Positions 28,091-38,231 of a stretch of DNA of 64,000 nt are shown here, in pieces. Under the pieces are notes generated by a model. It did not search any database. It saw nothing but the letters and a program-made list of their open reading frames with translations, and had not been told where the DNA came from. Each line of letters opens with the position of its first letter. Positions within the stretch are counted from its first letter, which is position 1. The position numbers and the translations under genes were made by a program. The stretch is taken from NCBI GenBank assembly GCA_016432645.1, contig CP066698.1, forward strand, positions 197,062 to 261,061, read 5' to 3'. Source of the stretch: Candidatus Falkowbacteria bacterium (GTDB lineage Bacteria; Patescibacteriota; Patescibacteriia; Patescibacteriales; UBA12465).

Positions 28091-30361
28091 ATGTATAATA
28101 AAATTGCACAAATTATTTTGAACTCCGGCAAGGCAGCTGGCGCGAGTGATGTTTTTGTTTCTCAGCCGGATGCCACTCAAGAAAGTTTGGCCGGAAAGAT
28201 ATTCATTTTGGCGGAAATCGGCGGGAAAAAAACCGACGGTGAAAAAATAATTAATTTTTTGATTTCCGAACTCAACGAACATTATTACAATGATGAAAAG
28301 TTAATGCTGCGCGGAAAAATTGAAGGCCTAAAAATAGAAAATATTTTTGAAGCGGCGCTAGCTAAAATCAATAAAAACTTAACTGAATTTTTAAATAATC
28401 AAAGAATAAGAATCAATTCTTCGGCCACCAGTATTACTATCGGAGTAATTTATGAGAATAAGCTTCATTTTGCCGGCTTCGGCAAAAATCGTTCGCTGTT
28501 AATTTATCGCCGCTCCGACGGCTATGAAATTATCAATGTAGAAACGAGCGCGGAAAATTCTACTAGTTCTCAGGAAGAACAACATCTTAGTTCTCAGCGC
28601 CATGATGACAGTCAAAAAATCGCTGGCTTATTTTCCTCAGTAATTAGCGGTGAAGTTCCGCTCGGTTCCTATTTTATTTTTGCGAGCGAATCTTTACCGG
28701 AGTATTTATCTGGCCGAGAAATGGTGGAAATCATTACTAAACTACCACCGATTGTCGCGGCTGAACAAATTAAAAATGCGCTCTTAAAAATGAACACCTA
28801 TGTTCCCTTTTTGGGCGTTATCATAAAAAATACCACTGATTCCGGCGGCCAAGAAATTAAGGAACCGATTGAAGAAGTTTTAACGGCGCATACTTCTATT
28901 TCTTCTTTAAATTCCACCGAACAGCGGACGGAAAAAATGCTGGCACCGGCCGGAATCATCAGCTTTAAAAAAATATCCAATTTATTCGGCGACGTTCTTA
29001 AAAATTGGCGAACTAAGGCCCGAGCTAAAGCCGCTCAACAGGCTAAACGCAAGACAGTTATTTTAGAAAATACTTATAGCGAGCCGGCTCCGGAAAAAGA
29101 AAGAACCGCCAGTTTAAATTTACCAAGTGCCAGTTCTTTTTTAAGACCATCAAAAATCAAATTAAAACAAAGCTCCTCGCTGCTATTTCATAATGTCGGT
29201 AAATTAGCCAAAGCCTCTCCGGCTCTAATTCATAAATCTTTTTGGACTGGGCTAGTTTCGGGGGCTATTTCCTGGGTTAAAAATCTAAATAAAAAAAACC
29301 GCCTATTATTTGGCGGCTTAATTCTGGTCGCGTTGGTTCTGGCAATCAGTTTAACTTCTTCAATTAATAAGAGCCGCAAACAAAAAGCGGAAGAATCTTT
29401 CCAGGCTTTAGTGGCGAAAATTGAAGAAAAAGGCAGCCTGATTGATTCTTATCTTTTGTACAATAATGAGGATGGCGCCTCCAAAGTTTTAACGGACGCC
29501 GAAGCTTTAATCGCCTCTTTGCCACAGGACACTAAAGAACAGCAGGCCCATTATCAAACTTTAAGCGCCAACCTTAAAACTTTAGAAAATAAAGTTAAAA
29601 AAATAAATCAAGTTGATAATTTGGAAAAAATAAGCGATTTAGTCGGTTTAAATGTTTCCGGTTTAGTTTTCGCTGATAATAAGCTTTATGGTACCAGTGG
29701 CGGCAGCATCCAAGCTATTGATTTTAAGGCGGATAAAGTCAGTGCGACTGAAGTGAATGCGGGTGGAAATTTGAGCGGCGGTAAATATGACGGAAAAAAT
29801 GCCATATTCTATCGCGAAGGCGCTAAAATATTTAAGTTTGACATCAAAACCAGCAAAGCTGTAGCTTATGATGTTAAAGATTATAATGAAACTGATGGAT
29901 ATTCCGGCTTAAATATTTTTAATGCCAATTTATACTTAATAGCCAGCGCTAAAAACCAAATCTATAAATATAGCGGCGCCAATCTGGCGACTCGCGCCGA
30001 TTGGATTAAAGAAACGGCCAATTTATCAAAAGCAGTTGACTTATACATTGATGGTTCGATTTATGCTCTAAATAATGATGGCAGCATTAATAAATTCCAT
30101 TTAAACAAAAAGGAGGCCTACGCCAATAAAGCCCTGGACCCCGCTACTAGTTCTGCTACCAAGATTCTAGGCGATGCTAACCAGCTATACGTGCTGGACG
30201 CTGCTAACAAGCGCCTAGCAATAATTGCTAAGAGCGACGGCCATTTAATGAATCAATATGTATTTTCTTCCTTGCCCAGTTTAAGCGATTTTGCTCTTGA
30301 TGCCGCCGGCAAGATTATTTACTTATTATCAGGCGAGAGTATCTATAAGTTAGCTTTGTAA
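28091..30361 (+). CDS. membrane protein: degenerate PP2C/SpoIIE-like cytoplasmic domain, TM helix, extracytoplasmic beta-propeller-like domain
   Basis: SATSITIGVIYENKLHFAGFGKNRSLLIYR resembles the PP2C (G)TT..(V).....L..AN.GDSR block, with GDSR replaced by GKNR. TM helix LLFGGLILVALVLAISL. Confidence 0.4.
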   Translation: MYNKIAQIILNSGKAAGASDVFVSQPDATQESLAGKIFILAEIGGKKTDGEKIINFLISELNEHYYNDEKLMLRGKIEGLKIENIFEAALAKINKNLTEFLNNQRIRINSSATSITIGVIYENKLHFAGFGKNRSLLIYRRSDGYEIINVETSAENSTSSQEEQHLSSQRHDDSQKIAGLFSSVISGEVPLGSYFIFASESLPEYLSGREMVEIITKLPPIVAAEQIKNALLKMNTYVPFLGVIIKNTTDSGGQEIKEPIEEVLTAHTSISSLNSTEQRTEKMLAPAGIISFKKISNLFGDVLKNWRTKARAKAAQQAKRKTVILENTYSEPAPEKERTASLNLPSASSFLRPSKIKLKQSSSLLFHNVGKLAKASPALIHKSFWTGLVSGAISWVKNLNKKNRLLFGGLILVALVLAISLTSSINKSRKQKAEESFQALVAKIEEKGSLIDSYLLYNNEDGASKVLTDAEALIASLPQDTKEQQAHYQTLSANLKTLENKVKKINQVDNLEKISDLVGLNVSGLVFADNKLYGTSGGSIQAIDFKADKVSATEVNAGGNLSGGKYDGKNAIFYREGAKIFKFDIKTSKAVAYDVKDYNETDGYSGLNIFNANLYLIASAKNQIYKYSGANLATRADWIKETANLSKAVDLYIDGSIYALNNDGSINKFHLNKKEAYANKALDPATSSATKILGDANQLYVLDAANKRLAIIAKSDGHLMNQYVFSSLPSLSDFALDAAGKIIYLLSGESIYKLAL

Positions 30362-30386
30362 ATATTAGAATTTTATTTTTTGAAAA

Positions 30387-30417
30387 ATAAAAATCCGCTG
30401 TTTTAGCGGATTTTTTA
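30387..30417. terminator. bidirectional terminator between the convergent 756-aa and 1685-aa genes
   Basis: AAATCCGCT-GTTTT-AGCGGATTT flanked by A/T runs. Confidence 0.75.
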
Positions 30418-30432
30418 ATATTTATAATAAAA

Positions 30433-33400
30433 CTATTCGATTACTAATGCGGAAAATACTCTTTCTCCGGTAGCTCTTGCTCCCTTGTCGCCAAATTCAA
30501 TGTAGTTATCGCTCAAAGATGATTTCGGTATATCCGCCTTCATGTTTTCAACAAATGTATTAAATTTTAATCCCGGTATTTTTTCTTTTAAAATTTTCTG
30601 CAAATCTTCCGGTTTTATATTAACACTTCGCATCGCCTCGCTGGAAATTGAGATAGAAATATTTGATTCTTTAAATTCTTTTTTAATTGGTTGATATTTT
30701 TTGTAAACTGTTAAAATGTGTGAAATTAAAATATCGGGTTTTTGCGAACCATAAACCCTGTCCATAACAAAAGACATATTAGATTCCCCGTTTTCTTTTT
30801 TAGTTGGCACGAAGAAAACTATTTCATCGGCAACACTCCCTTTAGTCTTTTCTTCGCGGCTCATCATAAAAAACTTATTATAATCACCAAAAGCTAAATT
30901 AGTGTCATTGTTCACTTCTTTTCGCAAACAGCCCAAGCATTGGCGCATATTCTCAACAATCAGATTAATATCTTTTGTCATTTCGCTGACAATCATTTTT
31001 TCGCCTCCGCTTGAATAAATAATCTCCCTAATTTCTTTAAGACGATCCTTTAATTTAAGATTATTAGCTTTGGCGCTACCTTGAATTTTTTCAAAATATT
31101 CTTTAACCGTACGCATTATTCCTTCAAGTTCGGCTTTTTTTTCGCTAATAGCATCGAGATATTTTTTAGCATTTTCTTTTTCTTCCGGTGTTAGTTTGCC
31201 GCCTTCTTTTACTATTAGACTCGCCAGAGTTTCCAGGTCTTGTGAAATGGCTATGGCGCCTGAAGATGGTTTAAAGCCTAAATCGAGCTTATTGAATATT
31301 TTTATAATATCCTCAGACGGTTCAACGCGCTTATTAAGCTCCGCAATATTTTCGTCAACCTTCGTATCCTCCATGCGGTTTAATACCTTAGATATTAAAC
31401 TGATAGATTGTACTCTATCCTGTGCCGCCTTAACCGTTTCTTCTGTCCAATTTGAGATATTAAGAGCCGAGGCTAAATTGTTCTGCAGGCTTTGTTCTTG
31501 AGCGCTTAACTTTATTTCTCTATTTTTTAATGATTGGAAAGTTTTGGCTAATACGGCTCCGACTAATTTATCTCCGCGCTTAATAATAGGAATTAGGTTT
31601 TTATCTCCTTGGTCATCATAAAGATCGGGGTCAAGTAAATGCTCCATCCCCCGTTTAGCATTACCAAGCTTGGAGTCAATAGTCTCAATATTTCCAATCA
31701 TACTATTGGTAACCTCTGCTTGCAGCTTCTCTTGAAAAGGCGCCAACTCCTCCGGCTTTATATTTACCATCTCTGGCTTAAGACTGTTTTTTTCTCTGCC
31801 AGCCAAGTGGCTTTCAATTACGGCCGCCTTTTCTGGGGTTAGATAATTGGAAATCTCAATTTTTTCTCCACGCCTAAATTTATCCCAATCACCGTTTAAT
31901 TGTAAGCCCAGATAAAGAGAAATGAGGGATTCACTACTAGCATCCCGGCCGTTAATATTGCCAGTATAGCGGATTAAATTATGAACCGAACGAAAATTTT
32001 CATTATTTAATTCGGCCGGCACATTGACAATGCCAAATCTTTCTTTAAATCGAAGTCTAATATTAGTAATTAGGCTTTCTTTTTCGCCTGTTATTATTTC
32101 TTCTTTTTTCTCCGGCTGAGCAGATAAGTCGGTCATTAAATGTTTTATTGCTCTTTTCATCGGTACTAAATTTCGAGCGTCATATGTTATTTCTCCTTTT
32201 TCGTCTATTTTTTGCATAGTGATAAGTTCGGCTTGGTATAAAGGAAAAACTTCTTTGATAAACTGTTTGATTTCTTTGCCTGACATATTTTCAAAAACTG
32301 GAGCCAACGAAGAAAATAGGCTGGGTGCCGCTTCGATTATATCCTTGGCCAAACCATAAAATTCCGACTTATCATCTTGAGTCCATTTTTCTTTTTCAAA
32401 TCTTGTTTCAGCATTTTGTAATGTGTTTTTTATTTCAGCATAGGTTTTATCTGTAGTTTTTTCACTTTCAGCCGCATTTTTGACCGCGGTTATTATGCTA
32501 CTAAATGTTTCAATACGAGAAAGGTTGCCTGCTCCTCCGTATTTATCAATTGTATCGGTAATTACCCTTAATCTAAGAGGTATTTCTTGCCACGTTTCGT
32601 CTTTTAAAAATTTGTTCCAATCACTTGTCATGCCATTTAAGCAGATATCACGGTATGGCCCGGAAAATAAATCAGTAATTTGTTCCTTCTGTTTTACTTG
32701 GTCGCCCCGCTCGCCCTCTACGGACTCGATATATTTTACTAGCGCTAGGCCCCAATCCTTTTCTTCGAAAAAATTATTATCTCTGCCAAGCATTTTCTGA
32801 TTAGTGAGTGCATAAAATTTATTATTAAATTGTCCACGATACTCCTCCTCAACGCTTAAATATTTGCGATAAATTTTAGAAAATAATTCTTCGTTATCTA
32901 ATTTTTTATCTCCGCTTAAAACTGCAAGTTCGGTATCAGCTAGATTGTTTAAGGTCGAGGCTTTAGTATAGTTATCAAATTTTAGCTTTTCACGAGAAAT
33001 TAAATTAGCATCAAAATTTTCTTCAATTGATTTTTCGATTTCTGTTAATATTTTTTCAGTATTTATAGCATCATTTTCTTTAAAATTATCAACCTGGATG
33101 CCAAAATCGCTTTCCAGCTTTTTTTCTAGACCAACACTAAGTACGCCAAGTTCGGCCGCCTGCATCACTTCCTTAATTAAGACAAAAAGTTTTTCATTTT
33201 TGCGAGCGGCTAGTTTTAAAATAGCGCTTTCGGAGCGCATTTCCGGGGACAACGCGCTCATATGCTTTAAAACCAAAGCGGCATTAGCCTCTTCTTGGGA
33301 GAATATAATTTGTTTATCAATATCTTTTTCTATCCCCTTGCCGATAGCGCTGCGGGTGAGCGAGCTTTTCATTATCCATAAGTCAGTTCTTGTTTGTTCA

Positions 33401-35490
33401 ATTGTCCCATTAGTCTGCTCGGTAAAAAGAGAGGTGTTGGCTATCCTATTTTCCGTATTTGCTAATTCTTTTTCAAATAATTCTTTAGTATTTTCATGCA
33501 TCGATAAAGCGTATAACAATTCATAATTATTCTCGGATATGGCTAAATTTAAGACTGTTTGCGGATTCTGCTCGCTTATCCAGCGATTATTATGATTTTC
33601 AACATTAAAACCGGGCAAGAGCTCTGCCATTCTTTGTCCATTATACAATCCCAAAAATCCCGTTGACTTTTCAGCCTGATTAAAAATATCTTTTTCATCA
33701 AGATTGAAATAAGATATTGCTTCCACTAAATTTTGACGATTGATGGCAGAATATTCTAATTTAACGGTTCCTCGAATACTGGTAACTAATTTTTCAGCCA
33801 CCTTTGCTTTATATTCCTGGTTAAAAAGAAAAAATTTATGTCTTTCCGGATAATATTTATCAGCAAAAGCTTTAATTTTATCACGGCCTTGATTGGCAAC
33901 ATTAATAACGCCTTCAGCCGCCGCCTCTTTTAACTTAGGTCTATCCGTCGCTTCCCATTTTATATGTTCGTTTTCTTTGTCTAAAAACTCATTAATCGGG
34001 TTAAGGGTTATGGTGTCGCCATTTTTTATAGCCGATAAGTATGTCTCTTTTATTAATTGACGAAATTTAGGTGTAAAAGTAAAGCCATTTAATCCAATTT
34101 GTTTTTTAGTATAATCCTCAGAATTATTTAAGCTATAAAATCCCCGATTTAATTCGTATTTAAAATAACCGATACTAAGCGCCTCTTGTTTCTCTTTTTC
34201 TCCAACTCCAAAAAATTCGTAATTTTCTTTATCTTTAACCTCTCTTTCTTTATTATAATTATCTCCTTTAACTTTATTTATAATTATATCTTGAGCGAAG
34301 TTAACTAAAATTTCTGAAGGAATATTTAATTTTTTAAAGGCATCTAAATCATTTTTTCGTCCCTCACTTTTATCCCAGCTCCAGCCCGCTTTACTAAAAT
34401 AGGCATCTAAAAAGTCCGTTTTTAATTCCTCCCTAAGTTTTAGGGCGGCCTCCCCTAATTCTGGTAAATGTTTTTCATCAATATATTTACAAAAACCGTC
34501 AAGGCGAAAATGGTATTTGATTTTATTGTTTTCTATGTTTTGAACGGTTTTTTTTATTAGCTCTTCTTGTGAAAACTCGTTTTTATCTATTTTGAATTTT
34601 TTGAGACAAGCGTCGGCGTCATTTCCTAGAGCAATATTTTCAAAGGCAGCCTCTTTGGCTAATTCCCTGGCTTCCGGTGATTCTAAAAATTTTTTAACTC
34701 CAGGATATTCATTTATTAATTCATCCGGAATTTTTATTTCAAAGATAGTTTTTTTTATTTCCGCAATCATCGCCTTCTCAATATCGGCTTCCTTAAGACC
34801 AAACTCTTCCTTATATTCATTAAAGTTGGTCATCTTTTCTTCATTTTTCCCTAGCGATAACCAGCCGCCTTGAGCAGCCGAAATAGCTCCTTCTAATCCT
34901 ATATTTTTAAGCTCTTCCTGAGAAAACAAGGCCTTTGCATGATTGAAGTTTCCTTCCAGCGGGTGATCCGAATCCTCTTCATCTTCTCCGCCGATAACGC
35001 GAAATTCATTTTTTCGCAATCCAATCTTAAAATCCATTTTTTTACCATGGCGCAATTCTTTTTCCCATAAATTTTTACGGTAGGGGTCAAATTTTTGATC
35101 GGAAAAGAAGCTTTTATCCAAACCAAAATCAGTAATATAAGGAGAAATGCTTCCTATGCATTGGTTATCTAAGAGCGCTTTGGTTAATTTTCTCTTGAGT
35201 ATTGCTTGAATCTCTGGTGACTGCATCACATTTACAGGCAGATCTCGGTAATAGAAGCCGAGATGATTAGAATGGATTTCCTTATCAGCATTTATTTCTT
35301 CTATCAGTTCAGACAAATCCTTTTTATCTTTATCATTTAAATTATATTCATAAGCTAATTTATGAATATTTATTTCAGTAGTCAAAACTTGTTCAGAATT
35401 TTCTTGGTCTAATTTTAAAATCTCAATCGACGATTGGCTATTTTCTTTGCCATTAGTTTTTTTTACGGGAATTGCGACTTCCTCAAACAT
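30433..35490 (-). CDS. giant (1685 aa) K/E-rich hypothetical protein with no signal peptide or TM helix
   Basis: Uninterrupted ORF with its own terminator. I recognise no catalytic or repeat motifs. Confidence 0.7.
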   Translation of the reverse strand: MFEEVAIPVKKTNGKENSQSSIEILKLDQENSEQVLTTEINIHKLAYEYNLNDKDKKDLSELIEEINADKEIHSNHLGFYYRDLPVNVMQSPEIQAILKRKLTKALLDNQCIGSISPYITDFGLDKSFFSDQKFDPYRKNLWEKELRHGKKMDFKIGLRKNEFRVIGGEDEEDSDHPLEGNFNHAKALFSQEELKNIGLEGAISAAQGGWLSLGKNEEKMTNFNEYKEEFGLKEADIEKAMIAEIKKTIFEIKIPDELINEYPGVKKFLESPEARELAKEAAFENIALGNDADACLKKFKIDKNEFSQEELIKKTVQNIENNKIKYHFRLDGFCKYIDEKHLPELGEAALKLREELKTDFLDAYFSKAGWSWDKSEGRKNDLDAFKKLNIPSEILVNFAQDIIINKVKGDNYNKEREVKDKENYEFFGVGEKEKQEALSIGYFKYELNRGFYSLNNSEDYTKKQIGLNGFTFTPKFRQLIKETYLSAIKNGDTITLNPINEFLDKENEHIKWEATDRPKLKEAAAEGVINVANQGRDKIKAFADKYYPERHKFFLFNQEYKAKVAEKLVTSIRGTVKLEYSAINRQNLVEAISYFNLDEKDIFNQAEKSTGFLGLYNGQRMAELLPGFNVENHNNRWISEQNPQTVLNLAISENNYELLYALSMHENTKELFEKELANTENRIANTSLFTEQTNGTIEQTRTDLWIMKSSLTRSAIGKGIEKDIDKQIIFSQEEANAALVLKHMSALSPEMRSESAILKLAARKNEKLFVLIKEVMQAAELGVLSVGLEKKLESDFGIQVDNFKENDAINTEKILTEIEKSIEENFDANLISREKLKFDNYTKASTLNNLADTELAVLSGDKKLDNEELFSKIYRKYLSVEEEYRGQFNNKFYALTNQKMLGRDNNFFEEKDWGLALVKYIESVEGERGDQVKQKEQITDLFSGPYRDICLNGMTSDWNKFLKDETWQEIPLRLRVITDTIDKYGGAGNLSRIETFSSIITAVKNAAESEKTTDKTYAEIKNTLQNAETRFEKEKWTQDDKSEFYGLAKDIIEAAPSLFSSLAPVFENMSGKEIKQFIKEVFPLYQAELITMQKIDEKGEITYDARNLVPMKRAIKHLMTDLSAQPEKKEEIITGEKESLITNIRLRFKERFGIVNVPAELNNENFRSVHNLIRYTGNINGRDASSESLISLYLGLQLNGDWDKFRRGEKIEISNYLTPEKAAVIESHLAGREKNSLKPEMVNIKPEELAPFQEKLQAEVTNSMIGNIETIDSKLGNAKRGMEHLLDPDLYDDQGDKNLIPIIKRGDKLVGAVLAKTFQSLKNREIKLSAQEQSLQNNLASALNISNWTEETVKAAQDRVQSISLISKVLNRMEDTKVDENIAELNKRVEPSEDIIKIFNKLDLGFKPSSGAIAISQDLETLASLIVKEGGKLTPEEKENAKKYLDAISEKKAELEGIMRTVKEYFEKIQGSAKANNLKLKDRLKEIREIIYSSGGEKMIVSEMTKDINLIVENMRQCLGCLRKEVNNDTNLAFGDYNKFFMMSREEKTKGSVADEIVFFVPTKKENGESNMSFVMDRVYGSQKPDILISHILTVYKKYQPIKKEFKESNISISISSEAMRSVNIKPEDLQKILKEKIPGLKFNTFVENMKADIPKSSLSDNYIEFGDKGARATGERVFSALVIE

Positions 35491-35557
35491 TTTATTATTT
35501 TTTGACTAATTTATGACATAATTATAGCATAATTAAAATTATTTTCAAAAAAATAAA

Positions 35558-35590
35558 ACAAAAAAACCGCCCCTTTCGGGACGGTTTTTA
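35558..35590 (-). terminator. terminator of the rplJ-rplL operon
   Basis: On the minus strand: AACCGTCCC-GAAA-GGGGCGGTT plus T-run. Confidence 0.75.
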
Positions 35591-35609
35591 TCTTTAAGAG
35601 AGAAACTTA

Positions 35610-36011
35610 TTATTTCAAAGTTACTTTGCCTCCAGCTTCTTCCAATTTCTTCTTGATAGCCTCAGCTTCTTCCTTCTTAACGCCTTCCTTTACAACTTTA
35701 GGAGCGGCATCAACTAAGTCTTTAGCTTCCTTAAGACCCATTTCAGTTAATTCGCGAACAACCTTGATGACGGCAATCTTATTGGCGCCAGCGTCGGTTA
35801 ATTCGATGTCAAAGCTGTCTTTTTCTTCAACAGCGGCGGCAGCGCCAGCACCCGGAGCCATCATCATGGCTGGAGCGGCAGCGGAAACGCCGAATTTGTC
35901 TTCTAAGATAGAAACTAATTCGGCTAAATCCAAAACACTCATTTTTTCGATTTCGCCAACCAATTTCTCAAACTTTTCTGGGACGACAACGTCCTTTTTT
36001 TCTTCACTCAT
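35610..36011 (-). CDS. rplL: 50S ribosomal protein L7/L12
   Basis: Ala-rich hinge and conserved C-terminal domain ([21 protein letters not shown]...). Confidence 0.95.
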   Translation of the reverse strand: MSEEKKDVVVPEKFEKLVGEIEKMSVLDLAELVSILEDKFGVSAAAPAMMMAPGAGAAAAVEEKDSFDIELTDAGANKIAVIKVVRELTEMGLKEAKDLVDAAPKVVKEGVKKEEAEAIKKKLEEAGGKVTLK

Positions 36012-36051
36012 AGTTTTAAAATTAATTTTTTATATTTTAATTAATGATTAA

Positions 36052-36582
36052 TTATTTTTTCTCACTGATAGCCTTTAAGACACCAACAAAATTTCTCAAG
36101 TTGCCGGCTAAAACATTGACAAAGCCGGAGATTGGAGCATTCATGGAACCAACCAACTTGGCGTATAATTCCTGCTTGCTTGGCAATTTAGCTAAAGCCT
36201 CAACCTGATCTTTGGATAATAGCTTATTTTCTAAGATACCGCCCAAAAAGACAATTTTATTTTCCTTTTCTTTATCCTTACGAAATTCGCCTAAAATTTT
36301 AGCGGGAGAAACCTCATCTTCATAGGAAAAGATAGCGGCCACTTTACCATCAAAATCTCTAGCATTTAAGCTGGCAACGTTTTGATCCTTGAAGGCAATA
36401 TTCATTAAGGTCTTCTTGGCAACGTAATATTCGTTATTTCCGGCAATCAATTTTGCGCGCAAATTTTCATTATCCTTAACTCCGAAGGCATTAAAACCGG
36501 CGAAGATAACAGATTTTGATTTTTTGATTTTTTCGCTTAAATTACGTAAAATCTCTTGTTTTTGAATTTTATTCTTTGGCAT
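36052..36582 (-). CDS. rplJ: 50S ribosomal protein L10 (true start MPKNKIQKQE at 36582; the longer ORF-track N-terminus runs through the leader)
   Basis: L10-like sequence and ~176-aa length from the internal ATG. The upstream 87 nt overlap a structured leader. Confidence 0.85.
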   Translation of the reverse strand: MPKNKIQKQEILRNLSEKIKKSKSVIFAGFNAFGVKDNENLRAKLIAGNNEYYVAKKTLMNIAFKDQNVASLNARDFDGKVAAIFSYEDEVSPAKILGEFRKDKEKENKIVFLGGILENKLLSKDQVEALAKLPSKQELYAKLVGSMNAPISGFVNVLAGNLRNFVGVLKAISEKK

Positions 36583-36695
36583 ATAATAAAAAATCTGTGG
36601 TACCACAGATGTAAAAAACGCTAAAAAGCGGATAATTACCTCGGCAAGATTTACGGCCGAAGCGGCCACTTGCTGTCTGTGGTATCTTTAGTTAT
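36583..36695 (-). promoter_or_regulatory. ribosomal protein L10 leader-like structured 5' UTR
   Basis: Long-range stem ACCACAGA...TCTGTGGT enclosing hairpins GGCCG-AAG-CGGCC and CGCT-AAAA-AGCG. Its position in front of rplJ matches known L10(L12)4 autoregulatory leaders. Confidence 0.55.
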
Positions 36696-36701
36696 GGGTA
36701 T

Positions 36702-36729
36702 ATATTAGCAAATGTCTGAAATTTGTCAA
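36702..36729 (-). promoter_or_regulatory. promoter TTGACA-N16-TAATAT for rplJL
   Basis: Hexamers read on the minus strand at 36729-36724 and 36707-36702. Confidence 0.6.
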
Positions 36730-36848
36730 GCATTTTAAGTTTAACTAACCTTGACATTATCATTTTTTTCTGTTAAGTTTAAAAAACCGTTATTTTGTTT
36801 CTTTAAAAAATAAATATACATATATATTCACTTAAAAAATCCTTAATC

Positions 36849-37589
36849 ATGGACTTAGAAAACAAAAAGTTTTTTATTTTCGACTTGGACGGCGTCCTGG
36901 TCGATAGCACGCGACTTAGTTGTCAAAAAGTGGAGATGATTTTAGACCGCCTTGGGTTACCAACTATTCCCCGTTCGTTTTTAATTAAACATTGGGGGAA
37001 AAAAATGTCCGACATCTTTGATTTAATCGGAGAAGTTTTGGATGCTTCAAAGGATCAGATATCCTTGATGAATAAAATGGAACCTGAAATTTCCTTGGAA
37101 CTTCCCTATAAGTTTCCCAGGGAAACCTTTGAAGCGCTCTTGAATTTACGATTGTATGATCGCTATCTCGGACTTCTTACCAGCCGCAGTAATGCCAGCT
37201 TACAACAAGTAAGCAGCCAAACCGGAATGCCACTGACTGTCTTTCACAAAATTCAGACAACTGATCATTGGCCGCACCACAAACCTAGTGGCCGCGCTTT
37301 CGGACCATTCGCCAATTGGGCATATGCTCAAAAATTAAAACCTGAACGTCTGGTATATTTTGGGGATACTATCTCGCAAGATTTAGTGGCTACCCAAAAT
37401 TATGAGTACCCAATTGATTTTGTCGGGGTTGTCTCCGGAGTTAACACGCGGGAAGAATTCTTAGCTGCTGGAGTTCCTGATTGCCGAATCGTGGACTTTG
37501 AAAAATTACCCGAATTTCTGCATCAAATTATGAGAACCGCTAAATCATGGACTTCTGAAAATTTCCAGACTTCCAGCATTAGATTATGA
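36849..37589 (+). CDS. HAD-superfamily hydrolase (phosphatase-like)
   Basis: Motif I FIFDLDGVLVDS and motif IV YFGDTISQD. Confidence 0.75.
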   Translation: MDLENKKFFIFDLDGVLVDSTRLSCQKVEMILDRLGLPTIPRSFLIKHWGKKMSDIFDLIGEVLDASKDQISLMNKMEPEISLELPYKFPRETFEALLNLRLYDRYLGLLTSRSNASLQQVSSQTGMPLTVFHKIQTTDHWPHHKPSGRAFGPFANWAYAQKLKPERLVYFGDTISQDLVATQNYEYPIDFVGVVSGVNTREEFLAAGVPDCRIVDFEKLPEFLHQIMRTAKSWTSENFQTSSIRL

Positions 37590-37654
37590 GACGAGGAATT
37601 GAAGTTAAAACTGCAAAAAATTAAAAACAAAAACCAAGTATTAAAAACAGCAAA

Positions 37655-38143
37655 ATGAAAAAGAAACTATTAATTTTCCGATTTGAAAATGTCCTAATTG
37701 ACATTAATCCTGGGCAGTATTACATCCAAAAAAAACTATGGAAACTTCTCCGGGAATTAAAAAAAGACGGGTATAATCTCATCCTAATCACCAGTCTGGG
37801 TTTTGAAAGTACCCTGAGAGCCGTAACTTCGATGGAAGACGTGAGTGAGGTGGTTCATACTCATTTCGATAAATTGATTTCCTCACATCAACCCGACCGT
37901 CAACTTGACGAACCTCTTCGCTTCGCTGAAAAAAATAAAATCGAATTAGATGAAATTGTCTATTTCGGAAATTATTACAGCGATTACCAGGCCGCTCAAA
38001 AAGCAGGAATCGATTTTGTCGGCGTAATTGATCATTTAACAGAAACACAATTATTAAACAAAATTCTGCCTGATGAAAAGCGCGTCCACCCGATTCTCTT
38101 TGAAGAATTCTTGCAAAACTATTTAGAACTAACTAAAGTTTAA
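37655..38143 (+). CDS. HAD-like protein with degenerate catalytic motifs
   Basis: LIFRFENVLID aligns to motif I, but the nucleophile Asp is Arg and the second Asp is Glu. Motif IV is GNYYSD. Confidence 0.55.
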   Translation: MKKKLLIFRFENVLIDINPGQYYIQKKLWKLLRELKKDGYNLILITSLGFESTLRAVTSMEDVSEVVHTHFDKLISSHQPDRQLDEPLRFAEKNKIELDEIVYFGNYYSDYQAAQKAGIDFVGVIDHLTETQLLNKILPDEKRVHPILFEEFLQNYLELTKV

Positions 38144-38187
38144 AAATATAGCCGGTATTTATCGGTTATGAACACACTTATTTTCCG

Positions 38188-38219
38188 AGGCCGTTTCCCC
38201 TAAAGAAGCGGCCTTTTTC
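38188..38219 (+). terminator. intrinsic terminator after the HAD pair
   Basis: AGGCCG-loop-CGGCCT plus T5. Confidence 0.55.
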
Positions 38220-38231
38220 TTTGACAAATTA

